Origin: Rhynchobatus australiae | Lineage: Eukaryota | DNA length: 64,000 bases | Direction: 5' to 3' | NCBI GenBank assembly: GCA_034780895.1 | Contig: JAUZTB010000066.1 | Location: 22,746,764 to 22,810,763 of the forward strand | In this document: in pieces, positions 1-12,489 of the stretch | Position numbering within the stretch: the stretch's first letter is position 1 | Layout: each line of letters starts with the position of its first letter | Notes under the pieces: model-generated | Seen by the model: the letters and a program-made list of their open reading frames with translations, nothing else | What the model was told of the DNA's origin: nothing | The model's database searches: none | Program-made: the position numbers and the translations under genes

Positions 1-2524
1 AAAAGTTTCTATCATTTGACTGAAAGAAATTATAGCCACAGATCATCTGCACAATCTTGGGTTCTTGTGCAAATTCAGAGAAAGAAAACATGGCTTTCCG
101 AATTGATTGGTTGTTGTCTGGCAGCTTCAATAGAGTGATAGTTGTGCTGTTGTCATTGACTGCTGATCTTTGATGGGAATGCAGCAACATTTCTAGATCA
201 TATCCTCCAAAACACATGATTTGCTTGTGATGATGTTCTGCCGGGTTCAGCTTATTGTACCTGGTCCAGTATGAATGAAGTATTGTAGAAATGAAAGAAA
301 AATCACGTTTTGAAAATAAATAAATCAATGATTTGTGGCATTGCAGCCTGGAGTGGTGCTTCAGAAAGTAATCACAATTAATACTTGAAACCAAGCAAGT
401 TGAAAATTGGTTATACTTATCACTTCGCTCGCAATCAATTTGAATTGGAAATGTTTGGGGATTGTAAGATTCTGTTCATTTAATAGTGATAATTGCATCT
501 TGTACAGAGCTCTAAATGAGTTTGGGGACTATATGCTGATTTGATGTCATTTTTGTTGTGGATGGCTGTAGGCCGAGATACTTTGAGATTACCCCACCTT
601 GTCTCCTTCATTAGTGGCTGTGGGGAAAGCAGTGATGACCAGCATGAGTTTGCTTAATGAGAATATCCAATTAAATGAATTCATTCTGTTCTACTGTCAC
701 ACTGTGGATTTTTTTTTTATGAAATCCACTTAACTTTTCTCAGCCTCTTGTTTCTGTCTGAATACAGTTAATCTCTATTTTGGATATAACAAAATTGCAA
801 TATTATGGGTAGCTGTCTTTCTTTTTTAATAATTAATCACTTTACTGAACAGTGTGTACTTAAAGACCTGGATCTGAATTGGACTTATTTGGAGGCAAGC
901 TTGAATCCCCAGTGCTTAAGAAAACTTGTTTGCATCTAATTACAAGAGATGTTCTCTGAAATAAGGGCTCAGCAATGAGAATTTACAGATGTCCCCTGAA
1001 TGTTTCAATTAATCATAGTGAGTAAGAACCAGATTAGTCTGCAGGATGACAATTCAAAGCGGAGTTTGAGGTGCATGGGAAGCATCTGAACATGAAGGTG
1101 CACCCTAAATTGTTAATTCAGTTTTCATGTGACACAGCATGATCAGAAGCCCGAAAAACATGAATTAGATCGCTTCCAAGGTTCATATAACCTGGGAATT
1201 AATGAGTCCCTTAAGTACCAGGTCAGAGTCTCACTGGTAAAATTTTGATCTGAAGTTAAAGCTAATTGCCTTGAGCACTGAAGCATTAATTTTAAGCTTT
1301 ACCTTATTGTAGAATCGTTCCCCCTTTCTGAGAATGAATTATGTATAATACCATTTTGTGCCTTAGAACTGTAACAGGTGACTAAAATTAATATTTGATC
1401 CCTCCCCCAATGGCTCAATTAGTAGATACTGCTGTGTGTGAAGCCAAACTATATGCGCCACGAACTCTTGGGCATGCTTCATCATTAGTGCTAAGTTCCG
1501 TTCCTTATGGGCCTGGCCATTGAGGAGCTACAGGCAAACTCGAGCCCCAGAGATGACAGAAAAGAATAATCGGTCTGCATTCCCATTTCTAATTATCTTC
1601 TGGTTATACCTGCTGGAAAGTGAAGATTTTGGCCTGAATCTTCCTGCCTGTTGTCCAACATTATCATCCATGTTCTCGCCAGGTCCTGATGTAGAAGGCC
1701 TATCTCAAACTCCCAGTGGTGTATTTGAATGGTGGTCGGATCAGTGGACTTAGGAAGCCCCACCCCTCAAATGCCACTGAAAATTTCTGCAGCTGGCAAA
1801 GCCACACTCCATCTTTGTTGGCTTTGAGAGCATTAAATAATTTTTATATGTCATTAACATTCAGAAAAAATTAACTATTAAAAATAATATTCAAACATTT
1901 AAAATTATTTCAACAAAAATTATAAATAAAATAACAAAATTGCCAAAAAAAAACATAAATAGTTACAAGCACCAAAATTACATGGCATAAAGGGGGAACT
2001 TGGTTTCTCCTTCGCTTTATAAGCTCTCCAACCCCAGTTGAAATCATTGTGGTCTCATATCGGATGCCAAGTAGAACCTGGCACAAAATCCATTGGTGAT
2101 TTTCCAGCAGAGAAGTTGGCACAAAATCCAACTCCAACATGTGGAGTTCAGGATGTGAGCTAACTGACAGAGTTGTGTTATGAATTTATCAGTAAATTTT
2201 GGATTTCAGCATTTGACAATGCGTGCAGTGGACACCTGGGACCCGATTCTGCTTAAAGGACCAAATGCCCATGGTTTGCTTCTGAACCAATGGCATTTAT
2301 CTGTAATTCTACCAGGCCATTGACGATTCTCATTCTGATGATGCCAATAGCCGACTAGCTTACTGCAGGCACCCTCTCAGTTTACACATAAGTAGTCACA
2401 AGATGAGATATCAAGCATGCACAGAGTCTGTGGGACGATGCTCAAGCCTCACTTGGGGTTTTAGCAGGGAAAAGAACTACATCATCAAGCAGAATCAAGG
2501 GCTTAACGTTTATCNNNNNNNNNN

Positions 2525-2650
2525 GGCATCGTAGAGTCAGAGGATACAGAATAGACTATTTGGCCCATCACATCCATGTCAACTGTTACACCCATCTATA
2601 TTAGTCCCATTTACCTGCATTGGTTCTCTACCATTCTCTCTTGAACTGCA
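2525..2650 (-). mobile_element. CR1-type LINE/SINE 3' tail fragment
   Basis: TTTGGCCCATC...ATCCATG...CCCATTTACCTGCATT resembles the reversed CR1/HER1-like 3' UTR seen in other copies in this window. Confidence 0.5.
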
Positions 2651-3584
2651 GTTGATCACATCTATCCTTGTTAGTGTCCAGACCCTTTGTTAAAAGGTCC
2701 AAACAATGCATTAATTCTCATTCCATCAGATAGCATCCTCTTACCTATAGCACATCCACAAGTGAGGAATAGATTGAAAGGATTTTTAGTGTTGTGCTTT
2801 TGTGAGTTGGTTTAATATGTTGACACAAATGTTCATTCAGTAATAACTTTGATTGGAATCTTTCACATGAAATTTGACAAGATAAGGAATGTCTGGGACG
2901 TTGTGTCAGGGAATCTCTGGAAGGCAAAACTTGCTGTGGAAACTCTGTGGGAGGCAACGTTACTGATCAGCAATCGATGAAATGTGGCTTGGAGTATTCA
3001 GGGTAGGAGGTGGGCTTACAGTAGGGTGCAATATACTGAACATGAATGTTTCAGCATGTTCTGACCAAGAATGTTTGATAGATGGAATGGACTGACCATG
3101 TACTGGATACCATGTAGGTGATCCAGGGATTTTTGGGATGCAGCATTGTCTCCCAGCTGTGTAAAGGATACAATGTGCAGTCAGTAGGAATGTGCAGAAC
3201 ACACCAAGGACTGCCAGGAATCTGCTCTTAAAGGGTGAGCTGGTGANNNNNNNNNNNNNNNNNNNNNNNNNNNNNNNNNNNNNNNNNNNNNNNNNNNNNN
3301 NNNNNNNNNNNNNNNNNNNNNNNNNNNNNNNNNNNNNNNNNNNNNNNNNNNNNNNNNNNNNNNNNNNNNNNNNNNNNNNNNNNNNNNNNNNNNNNNNNNN
3401 NNNNNNNNNNNNNNNNNNNNNNNNNNNNNNNNNNNNNNNNNNNNNNNNNNNNNNNNNNNNNNNNNNNNNNNNNNNNNNNNNNNNNNNNNNNNNNNNNNNN
3501 NNNNNNNNNNNNNNNNNNNNNNNNNNNNNNNNNNNNNNNNNNNNNNNNNNNNNNNNNNNNNNNNNNNNNNNNNNNNNNNNNNNN

Positions 3585-3712
3585 GACACTCACCACCCAT
3601 CCCACACCCTGCCCTCAGATCCCAACCACACTCCCGACACTCACCACCCACCCCACACCCTGCCCTCAGACCCCAACCACACTCCCGACACTCACTACCC
3701 CCCCCACACCCC
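3585..3712. repeat. 51-bp C/A-rich minisatellite, about 2.5 copies, starting at the gap edge
   Basis: Unit GACACTCACCACCCATCCCACACCCTGCCCTCAGATCCCAACCACACTCCC repeats; the ORF track shows a 17-aa period (DTHHPSHTLPSDPNHTP). Confidence 0.9.
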
Positions 3713-4184
3713 CTATGGGGCAGTTTCAGACGGGTGCAGTTGCCTGCAGGAGGGTGGGTGGGGAGAGGAGGAGTTTTAAGTGATTAAAGTCCGCAGCCGT
3801 TCATCCATTCAGAGTTGGCAACCCTGCATCAACTTTACTTTAATAGGTGGAAATTCCAGCATGGCCCACCAACACCGACAGTGTGAATTTATAAAATCTC
3901 TCCTCTAGGATCAGCTGACAGCTGGTTTTATAGTCTAACAAATGAGAAACTAAATCCCGTCAAACTATGGCTGGAGATCTGCCAACCATCCACATTTCAT
4001 GTGGACAGTCAGTCAGCACCCGTCAATGCTTGTTGACAACATGCAGCACAATGATCTACAGGACCCAACATCTACTGTTGCCTTGAGGTGCAACTTAAAA
4101 GTGCCAGACTGCTCTGTTGTGGACATACACAACCATATAAATTAATTCCTACATGAGTTGCAGCCTTTTGTCCTCCCTCCCCGT

Positions 4185-4245
<61 letters not shown>

Positions 4246-4294
4246 NNNNNNNNNNNNNNNNNNNNNNNNNNNNNNNNNNNNNNNNNNNNNNNNN

Positions 4295-4366
<72 letters not shown>
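4185..4366. repeat. 61-nt poly-G, N-gap, then (TC)n microsatellite
   Basis: G run 4185-4245, N 4246-4294, (TC)n 4295-4366, read directly. Confidence 0.95.
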
Positions 4367-4368
<2 letters not shown>

Positions 4369-5214
4369 CCCTACTCACATTACCTCCCCCTTACTCTCTT
4401 GCCTTTTGGACTTTGTTCTGTTCATTAGGTCTCATTATTTTCATTTGGATTTAGATTTGGTAGCTTTTACTGAGGGATGTGGGCTTGGAATCCAAAGGGA
4501 AACCTGGAGAATGAGGATTGTGATGGAGAGACCAAAGCAAGAGGTAAATAGTGGGATCTGATCAAGTACATTTATTGTTGAACCATAAGTGATGGCCTAT
4601 TGTTCTTGAATCACTATTTTGCCCTCAAGTGTTCTCTTGGTATTTGGGAAAGTAAAGATACGTTGGTAAAAGGGAAGGAGATACATCAAGCTGAAAAGAA
4701 AACTATTTTCTTTATTTGTGAATTTTGAGAAAAGTATTAGAGAACTGTATACACCAAACATAATTATAGTCAGTATTTCAAACTCGATCCCACTTGCCTA
4801 CATCAGCAAATGAAGATCCCTGAAGAGTCAACTTACTTACATTCCAGTGAGGTTAGCTATGATCTGCTTTGATTGGTCCTGATCCTGATGCTCCCTTACC
4901 TCAATCTGCTCCACATATCACTTCTGCTCTGTACTGAGGTGGACGACTTGCGTATTTGTTCAGAATCAACACCCCTTCGGCCCCGTGTACTGCAGAAATT
5001 ACTCCCTGATGCATGGCAGCAGCAGATAGGAGTCAGTAGAGGAAATCAGTAAAAGTTAACAGTGTGAGCTGGGAGCAAAAGGAAGCAGAATCATGAGTAA
5101 TATGAATTTAGATACTGAGTAGGAAGTGTGCCAGCATGAACAGGATGGAAAAAATGTTTTCGAGAGGTGAGATGTCAGCGTCACAAAAATAAGAAAACAA
5201 CACAACAGCCATCA

Positions 5215-5447
5215 GGCTATGTCAACATAATGATCGGTGGGTCTTGTCAACAACAGCCAGGAGACCTCGTCAATACAGTGCCCAATAGACATTGCCAACA
5301 CAATGATTAGTGGGCATTGTCAATAATAACCAATGAACATTGTCAACACTAGTGACCACTGAACATTGTCAATGATGACCAACAGACATGGTCAGCACAA
5401 TACTTAGTGGGCATTGTCAATGGAGTGATTAATGGGCATTGTCAAGA
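5215..5447. repeat. Degenerate 23-26 bp tandem array with conserved CATTGTCAA core (10 units)
   Basis: GTCAA-like cores at 5221, 5246, 5269, 5294, 5319, 5342, 5368, 5391, 5416 and 5441. Confidence 0.8.
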
Positions 5448-6469
5448 AGATCAGCTTCAAAGGGTTTTTTATGATGACTGAACATGGAACATCCCAGAGC
5501 CTGAGGTAATGAATCTGACTTGAAGGCATATTGAAGGCCACCTAAATCCTTGGCAGAAGTGTGGCCTTTCTTTCACATTCATTATATAATTGGAACAGTT
5601 AAATTGATCTATTTTGCCATGTTTTTCTCTACAATTGCTCATACACAGTACACTGACAAGACTGTTGCATCGGTGCCTTAAGCTTAGAAGGACGTGTCAC
5701 TTAAATAAGGTGGTAATGATGTAAATGTTACATTTGTGGCACTTTGGAATAGTAAACCAAACATTACTCTAAATTTAAAACTCTAAGCACAGATTGTCGG
5801 AATCAGGGAGTAATTTCTACTGTGAGCACAGAACCCTAGGGAATTGTGTTTCTAAATGCTTTGCAGCAATTTCAATTTACAAAGTTCTTTACCTCACCCA
5901 TAGCTTTGCTGAAAAATAATAAATTTGGACAGAAGCAAGAATACCTTAAATGCAAGACTGTTTCCTGGCCACACTTCTTGATCTAGAAGGCAGTTGGAGG
6001 GACCAGGGAGATGGTTAAAAGAAAAGGGATGGCCACTGAGTGATGATGACGTTGTGGAGGTAATGGAATGATGGTGGTAGGTATCATTGGAACATATTCC
6101 ATAATGGGACGGTGGTGATAATGGAACAACGGTATTGTAGTGGAAAGGTGAAGTTGTCGTGGGAATGGAGCAATGAAGAGGTAATGTGTTAAGTGTTGAT
6201 ATGGTTGTAAAGAACAATGCTGTTGTGGTGACATTGTGAGTTGTGATGTGGAGTGGTTATGAAGCCCTGGCGGAAGTGGATGTTCATGGAACTAGGGTAG
6301 TGGTACTGGAACAATTACTGTGTCAGTGAAGTGGGAAGACTCTGGTGGTTACAATCTGTTATTTGAATGGTGTTGGTGCTCTGACGGTACAAAACAACAT
6401 TGCAACTGAATATTTCTCCTGTTACTTTTTTATTCCATTCAACAACCTCAATCCTCATTCTTTGCACAC

Positions 6470-6860
6470 AATCATAGAAATCTCATTTACAAAGGGACCG
6501 TTCAGCCTCCTGTTTCTGTGGTAGCAGTAGCTCTCCAACTGGAGCAATCCACTTTAACCCTCTTTCCCAGCACTCTCCCACATGTTGTATTTCCTTTTTG
6601 AATATATTATCTGATTCCTCCTGAAATGTTCCAGTGGCCACCTCCAGTAAAGCATTTATGTGCAATATGTGAAAACAATATCTCTATATGTGAAAACATT
6701 GCTTATGCCCAGTGAAATCTCCTTTCCCCTTGCAGCCAGTTCACTGGACAATAGAAACAATCTGTCAACATTTATGTTCTCAGAACAGTTGAAAGTTTTG
6801 AAAATCTTGAGTAGATTCCCCCTGAACTTTCTTTTTCCCAACAACCTATGCAAGGCCACT
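6470..6860 (-). mobile_element. Decayed CR1 LINE 3' fragment
   Basis: Minus ORF 6656-6859 (RKFRGNLLKIFKTFN...VDRLF) matches the CR1 ORF2 C-terminal RGDL-x-x-FK motif, followed by 3' UTR-like sequence. Confidence 0.7.
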
Positions 6861-6864
6861 GTTC

Positions 6865-7241
6865 AGCAGGGACTGCCATGGTCTCCACTGCTGCTACAAT
6901 GTCATGTTGGTGGGTATTATGATCTGTTCCTGTTCACATTGGATGCTTCTTGTTAGGCTCATCACAGCATGACATAATGGGTCGGTTCAAAGTCATGTCT
7001 TCATTGAAGTGGGACAGTAGGGAAACTGGGAGATGATGAGATGACGATTACAAAGATTTTCCACATCTGCTGCTGCATGTTTTTGGTCACAGATGGCAGA
7101 TATAATACTAAGAGTATACAAAGAAGATTTTTGTTGTCACGATGCAGAGTGTCAGTAGGACCCACAGTGATGGGCCTTTTTGCAGCGAGGTGGGTGAGTT
7201 ATCCAAGTGGTCCTTTCTTACTGAGCTTAAAGAAGGACTAG
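6865..7241 (-). mobile_element. Decayed L1/Tx1-like ORF2 remnant, downstream part
   Basis: Manual minus-strand translation gives SFFKLSKK...ITVGPTDTLH and, with frameshifts, LNRPI...DELTRSI...NRNRS. These resemble the EN-RT linker of L1/Tx1 ORF2. Confidence 0.5.
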
Positions 7242-7445
7242 TGTGAATAAAAACTAAAAATGCTGGAAAAACTCAGCAGGTCAGGCAGCATCTGTGGAGA
7301 GAGAAGCAGAGTTAACATTTCAGGTCAATGACCTTTCATCATGTGTCCTGATAAATGGAGTGCTGATGGCCTGAAATACAAACCCTATTTCTTCCTCCAT
7401 AGATGCTGCTTGACCTGCTGAATATTTCCCACATTTATGGTTTAA
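7242..7445. mobile_element. Palindromic Penelope-derived short element with decayed hammerhead-like centre
   Basis: Arms ACTCAGCAGGTCAGGCAGCATCTGTGGAG and CTCCATAGATGCTGCTTGACCTGCTGA are inverted. Minus strand 7310-7343 reads ATGATGA-AAGGTC-ATT-GACCT-GAAATGTTAACT. Confidence 0.75.
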
Positions 7446-7664
7446 TATATCTCTCCTTCTCATAGCATAGTTCTGCCCCAATGATAGAACTAAACAGGTC
7501 ACCTTGCCAGGCACAGTGGAGGGGCAAGACATTTGAGTCACCCACTACCACGTACATCTACCACAAATGGGGCTAGTTCAGGGTTCTGGTGTGACCACAG
7601 AAGGTGTCCTAATGGGCAGTGAGTCCAGAGGAGTGAGGACATTCAGTCACCATCGGGCACACTA

Positions 7665-8290
7665 CTTGATGACTGATGTCAGCATCTCAGAGGATCTATC
7701 TTTGGACCAACATATTGATGCAATCACAAAGAAGGCACGCCAGCAGCTCTACTTCATTAGGAGTTTGAGGAGATTAGGTATGTCACCAAAGACTTTTGCA
7801 AATTTCTACAAATGTACAGTGGAGAGCATTCTGACTGGTTGCATCACCGCCTGGTATGGAGGCTGCAATGTGCAGGATCGCAAGAGGCTGCAGAGGGTTG
7901 TAGACTCAGCCAGCTCCATCACTCTAACCCTCCCTGCCATTCTGGACATCTTCAAGAGGCAGTGCCTCAAGAAGGCAGCATCCATCATTAAGGATCCTCA
8001 CCATCCGGGAAATACCCTCTTCATATTACTACCATTGGGGAGGAGGTACAGGAGCCCGAAGACCCACACTCAATATTTCAGTAACAGCTTCTTCTCCTCC
8101 ACCGTCAGATTTCTGAAGGGTCCATGAACTTGTGAGCACTACCTCATTATTCCTATTTTGCAATATTCATTTATATTTGTGACTTATAGTAACATTTATG
8201 TCTTTATATTTTGCACTGTACTACTGCTGCAAAAACAACAAATTTCACAACATATGTCAGCGATAATAAACCTTATTCGGATTCTGAGTT
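7665..8290 (+). mobile_element. Rex1/Babar-type LINE 3' end (ORF C-terminus plus tail)
   Basis: ORF 7567-8127 has ISEDLS...KKARQQLYFIRSLRR...FYKCTVESILTGCITAWYG...IIKDPHHP...GRRYRS...NSFF, typical of the Rex1 post-RT region. It ends in AATAAA and ATTCTG-like tail repeats near 8265-8288. Confidence 0.85.
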
Positions 8291-8690
8291 GGTAACTGTC
8301 ACAGGCTTTACTGCTCCAAGGTGTCCTCTGTCCTGCAGAGACACTGTAATTCACCATGTTCCTCTGGCACAGGGTGGGACGATGTACACAGTGAATTTTG
8401 TCTGTGTAATGTTGGAATGCCAGATATGTCTGTGTGACCACTTCATGCACTTGCTGACAATGTCTGCTTTGCAGCTTCCTGTACATTGTAGCTGAGACGA
8501 GTGAATGACTCAATACCTAGAACGGCCTGCTTGCTCCAAACTTCTCCCTGTGTGCTTCACCAACATTCACCTGCGGTAGGTCAGAANNNNNNNNNNNNNN
8601 NNNNNNNNNNNNNNNNNNNNNNNNNNNNNNNNNNNNNNNNNNNNNNNNNNNNNNNNNNNNNNNNNNNNNNNNNNNNNNNNNNNNNNCTAG

Positions 8691-8926
8691 TGTGAATAAA
8701 AACTAAAAATGCTGTAAAAACTCAGCAGGTCAGGCAGCATCTGTAGAAAGAGAAATAGCTGATGTTTCAAGTTGAAGACTCCCCATCAGAATTGTCTAGA
8801 TGAAGGTTCTTTGACCTGAAATATTAATTGTTTCTCTTTCCACAAATGTTGACAGACCCGCTGAGTTTTCCCAGCATTTTCTGCTTTTACTTCAGATCTC
8901 CAACTTATATAGTTTTTTTTATCTTC
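8691..8926. mobile_element. Palindromic Penelope-derived short element with decayed hammerhead-like cores on both strands
   Basis: Inverted arms. Plus strand: TAGATGA-AGGTtctttGACCT-GAAA (8797-8821). Minus strand: CTGATGG...GAAAC (8764-8789). Confidence 0.75.
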
Positions 8927-9400
8927 AAGGACTAGGGCTTCTCACTACTGCTGCTTTCTCAGTATCTTTCTTTGGCTCTCTACAGAGCTGTGTCTGGAGC
9001 TCCTGATATCAGCGAAAAGGCATTGAAAACATACAAATATTTATTTGACAAATTGAGTGTTGGCAGAGAGAGAAAGTCTTTAAAACAAACCACATAACTC
9101 TGAGTTCTGCAGCAGAAGAAAACTGCTTTGTATGGTTCCATGAAAAGCTTTGTGGTATATATCTGAGAGAATGCTGTGTCTCCTTCAATGGCTGACACTT
9201 CATTGTAACACTTGAAGTCTCCTGTAGGGCCCAGTTACCCACTGTCAATCATGCTGCCAGGATAGAACAGGCTGTTGGTGCTCATCCCAACCGGGTGACC
9301 TAGGTGGGAGCGTCAACAGTACTCAAGGGCAAATCTGTCATTGTATTCAATCCTTCAGAATGGGTGCAATCTGAGATTCAAGTAAATTTTCAAAAGAGGC
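8927..9400 (-). mobile_element. Decayed L1/Tx1-like ORF2 remnant, upstream part (APE endonuclease end and linker)
   Basis: Minus translations: FT*...RIEY...PVGMS (like FTW...SRID...SDH), WNHTKQFSSAAELRVMWFVLKTFSLCQHS, and AL*RAKERY*ESSSSEKP, which continues in frame into 7241 once the insert is removed. Confidence 0.5.
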
Positions 9401-12400
9401 CTGTGATTTATTTTAAATAAATAACAAGTGGCAGGAAAAAATAAGTTAATCCAATGTAAGATTTTCTGAGTTGTGAACACAGTGATATATTAAAGCAGAA
9501 AGCATTTTCCTCGTGCTGTTCATGTTGCATTAAATTGACTGAGGTCCTCAACTGAAGCAGCAGATTGACCCCAGAAGGTCAGAGGAGAAACTGTCAACAC
9601 AAGTACGGTTTGCTGAGGGGTATTGCTGCCGTTTCTGTGTCTTGTGAGATACCTATTACATTTGTAATTTCANNNNNNNNNNNNNNNNNNNNNNNNNNNN
9701 NNNNNNNNNNNNNNNNNNNNNNNNNNNNNNNNNNNNNNNNNNNNNNNNNNNNNNNNNNNNNNNNNNNNNNNNTCTTACATTTGTAATTTCACAACAGAGC
9801 AACTGACTTTCTCTCTTCCAATTTTCTTTCTGCCTTCTCTATTGCTTCTCCTCAAAATAGGGAGTGGTTCCAAAGGATTCACCACCCACCCCTCATGCCT
9901 CACCCATGTAGTCGCTTGTGATTTGAACAATTGGTGTTAACTGACAATGGCACTGCTGGAGGCTTCAACAATTGTCTAGCTTACTGGTTCTGGTCTCATC
10001 TGATGTACATATGTGAGGATGTTCACACAAGCACACACTTTCCAGCTATAGTCTGATGTAATTGCTTCAACTGGGAAACCCAGACTATTTTACTTTTCAT
10101 TTCCCATAATTNNNNNNNNNNNNNNNNNNNNNNNNAGAGCTGAATTTAACAATGCCGATTGTGGATCAACCCCAGTTTCCCCTTGATATTTCATACATCA
10201 GGAATTTTCTAAACTGACTATTTATAGAACTGAAAAAACAATGCCTGAATAGTCTGTCCTCTATTTGATTACCATCTGCCCTTTTAAAATTTCTCTGTAA
10301 ATAGTAATTGTCCCTTGCAAAACAAGTCAAAGAGGTGGGAATGTGGAGTTTACTGGCACATGGAGTGGTTGAAGAAGATTAATACATATAAGATGCTCAC
10401 TTGTGAGATTTTGGAGAATTTGGGAGCATGGTGAGGTAACATTTAAACTGTGGCTCAGTCTGTTTCGGAAGAATGGCTTTATCTCCATGTTCTACATTGC
10501 AGATGCTTATGCTCAAAATAAGGATAATCTGGCAGGAGATCCAGTAGTACTTATGGTTAAGTGTAGTGCACATACCTTTAAAAAGTGAGTGTGCTACTTG
10601 GTATGACTTTGGAACATTGTTGTGTTCAACAGTGCTGGCAGTTCAAAATGGCTGCCTTCAATAAAGGACTATCTGTTGTTAGCTGCTGTCTGGTATGAGT
10701 GATAGTTCTTGTAGCAACACCCAAGAAACCCACAGCCAACACTCCAAGGAACTTGATTTGTACAAGTAAAAGTTAAGGCGCAGTACTGGAAAAGTTGGTT
10801 GAGTTTCTGAAGGTCTGAGAGTAAGTGAACCAAAGTATCAAGGAAAGCGATGATTAAACTGGTTAAACCGAACTGCAGCCACTTTACCTCGGAAAAGCGT
10901 CCAACAAAAATACATTTTGGTAAAAGCTTGGATGTCAGCCTCAAAAAAAAATTGCCTTTAATAAATTGCCCAGATTTACTGCTGCCATGTGTGTTCTCAA
11001 CATTTAGCAATGGGATTTAATGGGATGGAGCTTTACTGTTGCACAAAGATTTCTAAATTAAACTTGACAATCACAGGAATTGACTGTGCTGCTGCGTCTG
11101 AGGGATGCAGATTTAATGGTCCATTATCGAAGTGCTGTTCATATTTAAAGTGTAAAGGGACTCCAAGGCCCATAAACGCAGTCAAATGCAGAATTTTAGA
11201 CTGTCAACAGGACCATATATTGTGTGGATCTACCACAGGGGACACACAGGCAATCTTTATGATGGGAACATTTTGTACTTCAAGGCACATTTTTTGTAAC
11301 TTAAGGAGTCTGAACAGCTGTGCACCATAAATAAAGATGAATAATTAGAATTAATAATCAGTTACACATTTTGTGTTGGTTGTAGGGGTGGTTGGGGGCT
11401 TGGGCTAGTGTTAACCAGATTGTTTGTTCAGCTGTCATTTTAGGCTGTAATCTGCAAATATATGTGACATCAAGTACTTTGCAAATCCCAAATGATTCCT
11501 ACTTTATCTTCAGAGAGTAATGGGAATTTCAAATGTATGAAAATATACACCAAGATTGGCATTGAGCACATTTCTGACCCAATTCATTATTCTCATCTGA
11601 CCATGTAAGTCTAATGCAATTAGGGCAATAGACCAGAGCAAAATCCCGCCAATTCCTGTCAAAATAATTCCAGGAATGTTCTCCAAAATTCTACTTGTGA
11701 AATAATGGCCTCCACTATTGAAAATTGTTACTTTTACATTGTTAGAATGAATCTCTCCTTGGTTAATACTAGCCACCATCAGTTGACTTCAGGGTGTGGA
11801 GAGAAGTATTGTCCAGGGTTTTGGCTCCTGAGCACCAACTATTTCCATTCACCTGAATGTGCGGACAGCACAGGTTTTGCACTCAGTTCCGTTATTGTCA
11901 AGTGATCCATTCAAAGCCACTGCATGAAGTATTTTGCATGCAGAATGGCCTCTTGAGTAAAACTCTGGAAGGTTATTTTACTCAGAAGAAATGTGTTACT
12001 GGAATACCTGTAACACAAAGGCAGAACATTGAGCTAGAAAGGGAGAAATGATGCTTATTCCCAGAGTATACCTACTCATCACTCTGTTTCATATTACAGG
12101 ATTAGGCTGTCAAAAACCTGATAATAAGTCCTGGAAAACAAGTCGATAATTTTCAAAAGTCATAACTCTGCTTCAATTGGCTCTCTACTCTATTAGACAA
12201 TGAGCATACTTGCCCTGTTCTCAGTAGGCCACTGGACAATTGATGCTTCTTCCCTGTGAGGTCAGTTGCCATCTAAGATCTCACAATTACTTCTCACTAC
12301 AGACTCGAAGGACACACACGTGCTTAGAAAAACTTTGTAATCGCCATCAGACTTCCAAAGTACAAAGCAATCTAGCCAACACAAGATGGTGAGGGAATTT

Positions 12401-12489
12401 TACAATCTCCTCCTCAACAGCACTGGGGAAGAGTTCAGAATCAGCCACAATGAGAGAGTTCTAATCTTTCTCAGGAACAGCAAGCATCT

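Noticed and set aside
5215-5447. CRISPR-like repeat-spacer array
   Set aside because: The core is only about 9 bp, the spacers are related to each other, there are no cas genes and the DNA is vertebrate.
5990-6380. Purine/GT-rich stretch giving Thr/His/Ser-rich minus-strand ORFs
   Set aside because: Low-complexity sequence with no definable unit or protein motif.
7567-8127. 186-aa ORF as a host gene
   Set aside because: It is the C-terminal part of a Rex1/Babar LINE ORF followed by the element tail; the N-terminal 30 aa are unrelated read-through.
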